Shown here: positions 13,601 to 25,600 of the stretch, piece after piece | How positions within the stretch are numbered: position 1 is the stretch's first letter | How the letters are laid out: the number at the start of each line of letters is the position of its first letter | Source of the DNA: Botryllus schlosseri | Lineage: Eukaryota | NCBI GenBank assembly: GCA_051294905.1 | Contig: CM119371.1 | Coordinates: 34,908,001-34,968,000 of the forward strand | Length of the DNA stretch: 60,000 nucleotides | Direction: 5' to 3' | The notes under the pieces: model-generated | Seen by the model: the letters and a program-made list of their open reading frames with translations, nothing else | The model's database searches: none | Told to the model about the DNA's origin: nothing | Translations under genes and position numbers: made by a program

Positions 13601-16600
13601 TTTCTTGGCCTGAAATATAGACTTAGCACCTACACCAGGGCTGTTCAAAAATAACTTTTTTTCCCGTATTCCAGCCATTCACTGATTAAATTGTCAGGTT
13701 ACCCTAAAAAACGCTGCACGCCAAATTTGGTTCAATTCTTACAAGTATAGGACTCCGCAGATCCAATTAAAATTTTCAATTTATTGGGAAAAATTTCAAA
13801 AAAAAAAAAATTAGAATTATTTTGCCAACCCCATCAAATTGTTGAGCTGTCTTCAAAGACGATGCAAAACAAATTCGACTCAATTCCGACCAGTAGAAGC
13901 GGAGTTATGTGAGCTTTTCGATGATAGTCCTCGGATTATCCTTGATCGGTGGATAATCCAAGAATAATCATCGAAAAACTCGCATATCTCCGCTTCTACT
14001 GGTCGGAATTGAGTCGAATTTGTAAATCAAAAATTTGTACGACATATATGTCGACTAGTATTCGCCGAGGGTTTTTCGAAAAGGTAACATAGAGACCTGT
14101 GTCATGCCAAGGGACGTTCGGCCTAGGTCTACCTTACTCCTAGTTACAGAGCTTCGCAGCAAGCTTTTCGAAAAAATGTCTTGGAAATTTGAAATTTCAA
14201 AGTGGGATTTCTCCAAGAGGGGTTACGCGTATTCCTTCAAATTTTAGCGTGACACGGCGCCGTCCTAGTACTTCTGAAAGAAGGCGTTAGATTGAAAAAA
14301 GGGCTTCGCAGTACTGAGATTTTGCATTCCCAGTGTCGGTGCGTTTTTTCTCCTTCAAATCCCTAATCTGCAGGGCAGGACTAAATTTTCTTTTGTAAAA
14401 AGCATAGCGACATCTAGCGACTGAAAAGTTCATGGTGTTGGGGGCGGCCGTCTGAGAGTCGGGTTTTTGACTTGCTAGTCCCAGTAAGGGTGAGGAAACT
14501 TACCATATTACCAACGCGAGACATTCTATGTCACTCGAGCATAGTTGAAAATATTGGATGACTCATTCCATTATAATTTAGCAAATTTTCTGACATTTGT
14601 AATACATACTCTCAGAATTGTCCAATATTTACAAATGTTGTTCTTTTTTGAATTCTGAGTTCATTGAAAAAAATTAAATCGAAAAATTTCCAGCGGTTCA
14701 AAAGATAAGGCGATTCAAAATTCTCATGGCGCTGCATGGCGCTGCATGCAAAAAACTTTAAAGTCCATCATTTTTACCGTAACGATCGTGGAGAATCAAT
14801 TAAAATGCCTAACCATACAATTTCGAGGCCGAGGAATTGAAAAAAATCAACTTTTTCGCTCTAAACTCGAAGGAAAAAGAGGTACGGATGAAACAAAATT
14901 GGAGGGGGGGGCGGACTCAAAAAATCCATGTAGGATTCCATTTACATAGATAAAATTAATGCAAAATGTACTTTAACACAGTATGATTGATAAAAAATTG
15001 GATTATCAAATTATTCTTTATTCCAGAATAGTATCACAAAAAAATTGGTCTTTGCAATATGTAATTGGTCATAATAATAGTAGTCGTGGTGGGCAGCAGT
15101 GCAATGCTGCTCACCGTAACTACTATTATGACCAATTACTGTTGATATTGGACAATTCTGAGGTTATGCATTTCAGCCCCTGTCAAATTGTATCAGACTC
15201 GGATGTGAATTGAAAATGACTCGACTCGACTTGAGTCAAAACTATAAAAGCGAGATTGACTCGCGACTCGGTTACAACCTTGTCGGGCGTCTCCGAACAC
15301 TCACCGATTTCAGAAACTTTTCGCTCAACGAGCAAGTGGAGCCAAACTTTTTCGCCACCAGCGTCATGTTCTCTTTGGTCTGCGAGTCGAACGTGGGGTT
15401 CTCGATGAGGCAGTTCACGAAAATCCAGCAATGGTTCTTGATCTGGAAAAGTAGGCGGCAATTGAGAGAAAGGAATTTAATACAGAACGCTCCGAGTTAG
15501 CTTAGAACGAGAATTATAGCGACAGTTTTTCCCAAATAAGACCGAATTCGCGGGCTCTAGGAAATTAAATTCAAATCCAAACTGGAGAGGAATGCAACAA
15601 AATCAACTTTGGTTCATATGAGACCAGAGCTCACTCCCGCTAGCATGAGGATGGCAAATGTCTGCGCTATCATACAATAGGGGGGGTTCAAAAATGACTT
15701 TTTTTCCTCAAATTCTAATGGCTACTCGATACAATTGTGAGGGGTACCTAATTAAAGCCTGCACACCAAATTTGGTACAATTCCAACCAGTAGCCGCATT
15801 GCTACAGAAGAAAGTTTCAATATATTATAGAAAAATAAATAACAAAAATTTGAAAATTTCCTGTTCACCCCGTGAAAGTGTTAGGTTGTCTATAGAAACG
15901 ATGCTCACCAAATTTGGTTCAATTCCAACCAGTGGAAACGGAGTTATTGCCGTCGAAAAATTTGGATTATGAATAAAATAGTATTTACGGTGACCAATTC
16001 TTTAATTATTTATTATAGTGGTGCCCACCGTAGATACTATTTTATTCAAATCCAAATTTTTTAACGACAATAACTCCACTACCACTGGTTGGAATTGAAC
16101 CAAACTTGGTGAACATCGTTTCCATAGACAGCCGAACACTTCCATGGGGTGAACAGAGAATTTTCTGTTATTTATTTTTATATAATAAATAGAAACTTTC
16201 TTCTCCTGTAGCAATGCGGTTACTGGTTGGAATTGTACCAAATTTGGTGTGCAGACTTCAATTAGGTAACCTAACAATTTTATCGAGTAGCCAGCAGGAT
16301 TTGAGACGCCTATTGCACAAGAAACGAGCTAGCAATTACCTGGAACGGCTTAACGTCGACGCCCTTGCCGCCTTTGTTTTTCTTCTTCACGATCTCCGAT
16401 ATCTTCTTCACCACCTGGTCGGTGATGTAGTCTACATGCCGGCCCCCTTTCGTGGTGGCTATGCTGTTCACAAACGACAGGTGCTGGAAACCCTTTTCCG
16501 ATAACGTGATGCAGACCTAAAAAGGCAGGCGACTGATGATTGTGCTTTGGAGTCGCAGCTAATTTGAGATTTAAGATGATACGTTGTAACTATTGTCGTG

Positions 16601-19600
16601 AGTTCACAACAAACGTTACAGCCGCAGTTTTTTAATCAGATAAAAACCATCACTATAGCGAGTTTTCTTCAGAATTATATCTATAGTTTTCTATCCAAAT
16701 TTGTTTAAAATCACAGATTTTCCAAATTAGACCAGAATTGTAGCTACAGTTTTTCAAAATTAGAATATAATTAGAATTATGACTACACAGTTTTTGAAAA
16801 TTGGATTCAAATTAGAATTACATCTAGTTTTTTTCAAATTAGTTCAAAATCAGAAATGTATCTACAGTTTTCTGTCCGAATTTGTTTAGAATCACAGTTT
16901 TTCCAAATTAGACCAGAATTATAGCTACAGTTTTTTGAAAATTAGAATAAAATTAGAATTATAGCTAGTTTTTTCAAATTAGTTTAGAATCAGAATTATA
17001 GCTGGTTTTTCTAAATTACATCAGAAACAGAATTTTACCGAATTTTTTCAAAATTAGTTTAGCATCCAGAATTACAGCTACAGTTTATTATAAATTAGTT
17101 TACAATTAGAGTCACAGCTACACAGTTTTCAAAATAAGACGAGGATGAATTACAGCTAGCGTCTAGTTTCCAAATTAGTTTAGAATCAGAATTATGGCAA
17201 CAGTTTTTATTCAAATTAGCTTGAAACTAGAATTAGACACAAATTTTTACTGCATTAGATTACGATCAGAATTATAGCTACACGGTTTTTCCAAACTAGA
17301 CTCGAATCAGAATTATAGCTCTACGGTTTTTCTGAATTGGATTAAAATTTGAATTATAGCTACTTTTCTTCCAGATCATATGAAAATTAGAATCATAGCT
17401 ACAGTATTTTCAAATTAGATTAGAATCCTAATTATAGCTACACGGCCTATCGCTTCATATACAGTTCATGTACGAAACCCGGGCAATAGAATAATCTCGA
17501 CTGCGTCAGAGACATTCTGCGAATGGTTTCGCGTCAATAATATCGCACATTGGATATTCTTCCCCCGCGTCGCCGCACGGAATGGCAAGGACGCGGTCTG
17601 CTGATGTGCTGGATAGCAGGCAAAGCCCACACAAGATTTTTGAGATAGTAAAGTACTATCTTAACCCCATCTGCATATATATATATCTAGCTACTACAAT
17701 AGCACAGCAGACACTCACTTCCCAACGCGGATTCACTTGTTCGTACACGGTCTTGTAGGGATCCCCGTTTTCATCCGTGCATTTTTTCGTGTACAGCTCC
17801 ACGTAATCTTTAAAATTTTTCACCTAAAACCAAATCAAAGTCAGACCGATTTAACATAGGAATAGGACGTGGTATATTTTTTATCCTTGACGTTTTTACG
17901 GCATATGCACCCGCCGACGATACACAGACACACGATCTATGCGTATGCACACCATGAGTGTATAATGTGCGTTAGGGTCTTCAAAAATGACTTTTTTTCT
18001 CAAATCGTACAGGCTAGTAGTATTTACGATAAGCACCACTCAACTATAACAAATAATTAAAGAATTACTCACCGTAAATACTATTTTATTCATAATCCAA
18101 ATTTTCGACGGCAATAACTCCGCTTCTACTGGTTGGAATTGAACCAAATTTGGTGTGCAGGCTTAAATTAGGTAACCTAACAATTTTATCAAGTAGCCAG
18201 TACGATTTGAGAAAAAAAGTCATTTTTGAATACCCCTAATGTGCATATGCTACCGTAGGGTGGAGTTTTAATTTCAAAAAGTGCCTTCGATATTTGGTCC
18301 CAAATCTCAAACGAATTACTTCTATCATCATTTCAGGTTCCCGCGCCCTCCAGTGGCCGTGCAATTTCACCGAACGCGCCTAAAATAGTTAATTCCGTCT
18401 TATCTTGATAACCGATTATGCTTGAAAGCTGGTTTTTAGCTTAAAAGCTGCGGAAGCAACATGTTCCTATCTCACTTCCGTAGAACTTTGTCTCGAAAAC
18501 GTACAGAAAAAAAGTTACAAGCAAATTATTGATTTTCATCAAGATATCACAATATTAGATATTTTTGGCTCGTTCGGTTAAATTGCACGGCCACTAGAGG
18601 GTGCAGGAACCTGAAATGACGATAGAAGTAAGGCGCTTTTTCAGATATAAATTTTTCTTCTTTTCACTCCGTCCCAATGCTACTGGGCCAAGGACGGACC
18701 AGATATAGCCTCGCAAGGCTTTCCAAGTCTCGGAGCAAAGGGTCGAATATTTTTCAGCTTACCGGTAACCGAGTGCCATTGAGATAGACTGTGACGCCTT
18801 TTGTTGCCCCGGCAATGTCGTAGGCGCGTCTAGACAGTAACGCCACCGTGTCGGCATCTAATTTGTCCATGCCGAATTTCTTCAAATCGGGCTGAAAAAG
18901 TTCAAACACACAGACTATTAGTCTTTTACACAATACTGCTCAAGTACAGGATACCCATTAAAAAATACCTACATAAATTTGACTTCTTATATGAAAGAAT
19001 AGTCCATTTTGGCATTCTCTGCGTTCAAATTTCTACTATTTCAAAGCTAGCATTAGTAACTTATTAGAATAATCGCCAACTGAAATTATTTGATCAACTT
19101 TACTGCCCCATTCTCAAATCATACGGTAACATAACGTTGTGCTACAGGGGTACATTTCAATGTCATAGCCAGCAAGCCATCTCGAATGCACACAGCTACG
19201 CTCGCAATACGAAATAAAATTATTAAATGTGAATGTTACTTCAGAGATGGTTCATTTCTCGCCGATAATCAGGAAAAAGATATTCTATAACTACTTTTCA
19301 TGCCACGTCTGCTTTTCCGTCGAATCAATCAATCTAATAAACCTCAGGGTCTGTATAAGTTGCGTACATGGTGATATTGGTCGCAATTGGCTTGCGATTT
19401 TACAAACTTTGCATTAAAACCAACGCGCTCATCCAATGTAGATCACAGTAATTGTTCACAAAATTAGCAAGATAAAGTGGGTCATAGGTCGCTTCCAATC
19501 AACTAGCCCAATCAACATTTTGATGTGTTTTTAGACACTATAAATGACACGAATGTACCGTATTTGCGTTATTATATATTAAATACTATACGAAACTGAT

Positions 19601-22600
19601 AAATGAGCAATTAATACCGGGCCAATTTTAGAAATAATTGCAGTGTCTGTGAAATTAGCAAAATAAAGTGACCTCCCAATCAGCTAGAATCATTTTGAGC
19701 TAAATTATAATATTTACAATGTTTTTGATCCCCTAATCACACGAGGATACCATCCATACCTGCATTATTATAGAAAAAATACTATATCGAACTGATAAAT
19801 GAGCCATACGCACTATCTGACATCAATTTCATGCATGATTCCACACATTACCACGGAGACTAGAGCCCTTATCTTCTACCGAAATCAAAACATTACACCA
19901 CCAATCACCGCTGCCCTCAGATCTCATAATCTCATAGAGTCATTGGAAGGGCCGCAAGCAAAGTCCGTCCAGCAGTCACTGGACAGTGGACAACGCCGAC
20001 CGACTCAACGATCAAAGTTGCGTGCAAAGTATCTGCTGGGCCGGACTCGGAAAGCAGCCCGCTTCCTCTAGGCATGGTTGTCATCATTGGGCAAGCAGCA
20101 GATTGAGCGTTGCATTATAAAATCACATAATTGCGACCATTAACCGACAGTTGAGCATGTGATTTCACAATCCCCCCAAGATTAACCCCTACCATCACCG
20201 TAACAATCTTAAACCCACCACATGTCCAACGTCATATGTAGGGTAGGGGTGTTCTAAAATGACTTTTTTCTCAAATTGTACTGGCTACTTGATAAAATTG
20301 TTAGGTTATCTAATTTTTAAGCCTACACACCAAATTTGGTTCAATTCCAGCCAGTAGCCGCATTGCTACAGGAGAATAAAATTTCTATATATTATTATTA
20401 TTATTATTATTTCAAAATTTTCTGTGCACCCCATGAAAGTGCAAGGTTGTCTATAGAAACGATGTTCACCAAATTTGGTTCAATTCCGACCAGCGGAAGC
20501 GGAGTTATCGCCGTCAAAAAATTTGGATTTGAATAAAATAGTATTTACGGTGGGCACACCCATAATATATAATTAAAGAATTGGTCACCGTAAATACTAT
20601 TTCATTGTTGATTAAACTTTTTCGACAGCAATAACTCCGCTTCCATTGCTTGAAATTGAACCAAATTTGGTGAACATCGTTTCTAAAGGCAACCTGACAC
20701 ATTCATGGGGTGAACAGAAAATTTTAAAAATTTTTGCTATCTATTTTTATATAATAAATAGAAACTTTCTTCCCTTGTAGCAATGCGGCTACTGGTTGGA
20801 ATTGAACCAAATTTGGTGTGTAGGCTTAAATCATGTAACCTAACAATTTTATCAAGTAGCCAGTACGATCTGAGAAAAAAAAAACTCATTTTTGACCACC
20901 CCTAATGTAGGGCTGAGAAAAACCTAGTACCGTGACAAATTTTCACCATTTTGCTCAATATTTTGGCAAAGAGGAACAAGATATGTGCTTTTCGGGGGTT
21001 AGATCAGATTAGTTACTTAAAATTAAAATTCGCTAATCCAAAATCCGTGTTCGTCAATCAGCACCGTGTATTTTGAAGCAATTGTGGCCGAGGCAGTTTT
21101 TTGTAAGTCTATTCACTGCAGTGTCAGTGAGGATTATTTGGACAGAGCCGAGAGCAGTGTCTGAATAGGAAGAAAGAAATAGTCTAGACCAGTACCATGG
21201 TAAGGTTTGCTTAGGATATGGCTTAGATTTTCTGGTTACAAAATACGTTAGGGGCAAGGTTACAATTACGAGTCTGGAAATCCATAGTTACGTAACAAAG
21301 CTGGGATATCTAAAAATATTTACAAAAGTTGATAAAACAGCAATGCTTCCGTATACTTACCATAAAACTGATACAAGTGTAGTCCTTTTCATCGTTGGAA
21401 GACAGCTTCAAGGACCCGGCCTGGGCCATATTACCAGTCCATGTCTGAAAAACATAGCCAGTAAGAAACCTAGCTTGTCAATCCTAATAGAAACAAACAA
21501 TTCACGATTATCGAACTTATAATCAGCCCTCAGATCTCATAATCTCAATTGGTCATCGGAACCGCACGCAGCCAAAGCCCGGCCTAGAGTGACCACAAAA
21601 TTTAGAACCAATTACGACCTCGTACTATTGCGGTTAGGAAATGTCTCTATAGAACAGGCTTTGATTGCGGCAAGTTTCCTCAAGGCATTGCTGTCATCAC
21701 AGGGCTTGAAAAAGACTTACACAAAGGCACTTATTCGAGTTTGAGACTAAATATAGAATAGTTGTCATTATCATAAGATTACTATATCCACGTAAGATTA
21801 ATCTATTCATATATATGGTCAAATTTTTGCAGCTATTTGATCAAATCATTGGGTTGTATAAAAAAAAACGTATCACACCAAACTCAACTCGAGTCCAACT
21901 GGTTGATGTCAAGCTGCAGGAGTTTGAATAATTTGAAATTGTTATAAAAATACTTGAAATATATTTTACAAATTCTATTGTCCACCCTATGAAATTGATA
22001 AATTGTCTACAAGTAAAATGCTCAACAAATTTTGCTAACTTCCAACCGACGGAACTGAAGTTATTGCAGATGAAAATTTGGGATACATCAAAAATAACAT
22101 TGACGGTGGGTAATCCCAGAATGAAAAGCACAAATAATTTAGTTTCTACGGGTTGGAATTGCGTCAGATTTGTTTTGCATCGTTTTTGTAGACGACTCAA
22201 CACTTTCACACAGAGTAGATGGTAAACTTTGAAAAAAAAGCTGCGTTTTTTATAATAAATTCAGAATTTTCAAACTCCTGTAGTTCACATCTACAAATTG
22301 GAATTGAACCATATTTGGGCGTGCAGCGTTTTTTTTTAGCCAATCTACCAATTTTATCAAATAGCCGCTAAAATCTGAAAAAAAATGATTTTTCAACAAC
22401 CCAAGTGGCCAGTAATCAAGTAGGCCTACTAATTTTTATAGTATTTCGCCTATTCCTCAGTTTCTTGACAAAAACTGGGACTAGAACACTTCCGATAGCA
22501 ACTAGTTCGACTACATCTGTTACTATTCATCAAATCACGTACCATCTTAAACTTTTTCCTATATTCCTTCGAAGACGTCTCCACAGTGAACTTGGTGCTG

Positions 22601-25600
22601 AAGATATTGCACAGTTTCGCCCCGTATCCGTTACGGCCGCCTGACAACAACAAAAAACACACGTTTCAGCACGAAACGTCGCGAGACTGTCCATCTGCTC
22701 TCGGAAATTACCGGTGACTTTTTTTTGGTCGTCGTCATAGTTACTGGAAGTGAGCAGGTGTCCGAAAATGAGTTCCGGCACAAACAGTTTTTCCTCCTTG
22801 TGCTCCACGACGGGTATGCCTTTGCCGTCGTTCCATACCGAGATCAGGTTGCGTTCTCTGCAAGACAACTAGTTAATATCTATCTTTTCAGAATTATACT
22901 AGAATTACAGCTGTAGTTTCTACCAAATCAGATTCTTGTTAAAATTACTGAACTCGCAAAATCACAAAAAACAGGGATTAGATTGTAATTATAATGGGAG
23001 CAGATAAATATCTCAAAAATTAGATTAGTAATTGAGTTCAGATCATCAAATCAAATCGGCAAATACATGTAAAGCAAGCTTGGCTTGTTTAGCACCAGGG
23101 TTGTAATGACTCGCATCACGACTCGACTCAAGTCATTTTCTCAAAATACGGAAGTGACTCGAGTCGATATGTGAATTGACTCGACTCTGACATTCGAGTC
23201 ATTTTCTCAAAATACGGAAATGACTCGAGTCGATAAGTGAATTGACTCGACTTGGACTCGACTCGAACATTTTTTAAAAATACGGAAATGACTCGAGTCG
23301 GCATGTGAATTGACTCGACTTGGACTCGAGTCATTGCGCGTGACTGGAACCAAGTTATATGACTCGAGACTCAGACGGCCAAGAGCGACGTTTCATTGTA
23401 ATTTTGAAGAATAGTTAAGTAACTACCCTATTGGGAGTTCGTTTATTGGTACTGGTACTTGAAAATGCAACCAGAAACTGGTAAAATTGAGGAAAATTAG
23501 TACCGTAATTTTCCAAGTATAGTACGCCCCCACGTATAATACGCACCCTTAAAATGGCATGCAAATTCTGGGAAAAAGCCTGTACCCATGTATAGTACGC
23601 CCCCATGTATAATACGCACCCTTAAAATGGCATGCAAATTCTGGGAAAAAGCCTGTACCCATGTATAGTACGCACCCTGCATTCGCAGTACATGAATAGC
23701 TGTGTTTTAGTACGCGATGTTGTTCCGTTTTGTGATGTCACTGTCGAACAATCATGACATAACCATCGCTAATCATTATGCAATTAACGGCATTGTCTCT
23801 AATCGATAGTACAGAACAGCCAAAGCCTGCGAGGCCAGCGACACAACGTCTTGCGCACGAGGCCTATTACAGATGCGATTGCTAATCATTATACAAGTAA
23901 CGGCATTGCCTCTATACGAGTGTAGATAGCAGCCAAAGCCTGCGAGGCCGGCGACGCGACATCTTGCGCACTAGGTCAGATGCGATTGCTCAGGCCAACG
24001 GTTATGTCGTGCACACCACGCCTGTTGGAGGTGCGACTGATCAGTGATCACGCAAGCGATTATATTTTGCGCAACATGGCCTGTCCATGAATTAGCGAGG
24101 ATTGCAATCAATGAATGACCTAATTTCGCTCGCGTGCAAACGGCAAACTAACTCAAGCAGGAGATTGCGTGCTGTGCAGACGATTATCGTTAATTGGCAA
24201 CACGCATTTTGGTAATTGGTAGCGCGTTACACTGATAATACGAATTACTGGGCACGATGGCTGAAAGTGATGCGCGATTGGAAACAAATACGAAGAAAAG
24301 GTGTGATTTCAAGTTTTTTTATCGAGGGAGATTTTTTTTCAAGTGTTGTTCCCATGTATAATACACTCCCCCCCCGACTTTAGGGCAAAAAATCATGAAA
24401 ATTTTGCGGATTATACATGGAAAATTACGGTATATTATGAATGCAAACTATTCGATATCAAGAAACAGAGTTATAACAATGGGTTTAACAAGACTTTATC
24501 CGGAAACTGAGCAGTCAGTCATGGGACTCGAACCTCTTCTCGATGACTTGGACTCGGACTTGACTTAGTGGCGAATTGAAAATGACTCGACTCGCGACTT
24601 GACTCGAGTCAAAACTATAAAAGTTTGTGACTTGGAGCCTTGTGACTTGGTTTGTTTGCCTAAGCACTATAACGTTCTCGGCAGGATTTCAAGGAACAGC
24701 AGAAATTAGATTAGAAATAAAATTAGAGCAAAGAAACATTTCCAAAATTGGATTACAATTAGAATACAAGCATTTCGCTCTAATTAGTCTAATTACACAA
24801 CTGAAATAATCCACTTGTCAAGTCCGACTCGCACACCAGTTCCATAAAATCGACTTTTGTAACCCCCTAATTTTGACTTACCCGTTGATCTCAATTTTTA
24901 TCTTCGACATTTTCGGGTCCCGCTGCTTGTTGTCGGCGGCGTTCACCAAAATTTCATCGAAGATCTTGTACAGCCCCGGAACGAACGTGATTTCTCGGTT
25001 TACCATGCCGTTCTCTCCGTCCCAAACCCACATCGGCTGAAATTAATCGTTCAAGAATAATTTGAGGTTCAAAAAAAATAACGAAATAATCTGATATTGT
25101 CAATAGTTAGTCGGTTGATTCATGAATTTTGTCACAAATAATAATAAAAGAGCTTCATGATGTACAGAGGAGAATAATATTATATTCGTATTGAAATAAC
25201 ACGAATATTTTCGGCCGACCCTCGTCCATGGTAATCGTCAGCGACTAGTAAAATGTTCTATCCAATTCTCTACTAGTTGCTGACGATTACCCCTGATGAG
25301 CGTCAGCCGAATATATTCATTATTATTACTTCAATATGAAAATAATATTCGATTCATAACAGACGCAGCAAATGCAAACAGCAAACAATAGTAAAACTCC
25401 ACGAGGGCATAAATGTCCGTGTGACTAACCAGCTGTGTATCTCCATGTTTAGTAGACTGAGATAGCCACCATCAAAATCAATCTAAAACCAGAGGCGGTC
25501 AGTAACTAAGTATTTCTGTTTTGTCAGAGCACTAGGTTTGCATAAATTGATGTCACTTTGACTTCAGTGATAACACTGGCTAATTTGACCACATCTGCCC

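Noticed and set aside
22820..22840. WNDGKGIP instead of vertebrate WNNGKGIP in the ATPase domain
   Set aside because: NDG occurs in other eukaryotic TOP2s (e.g. yeast); not unusual
23100..23340. CRISPR-like regularly spaced GACTCGAGTC palindromes
   Set aside because: Spacers are not unique; these are subterminal MITE repeats in eukaryotic DNA, with no cas genes
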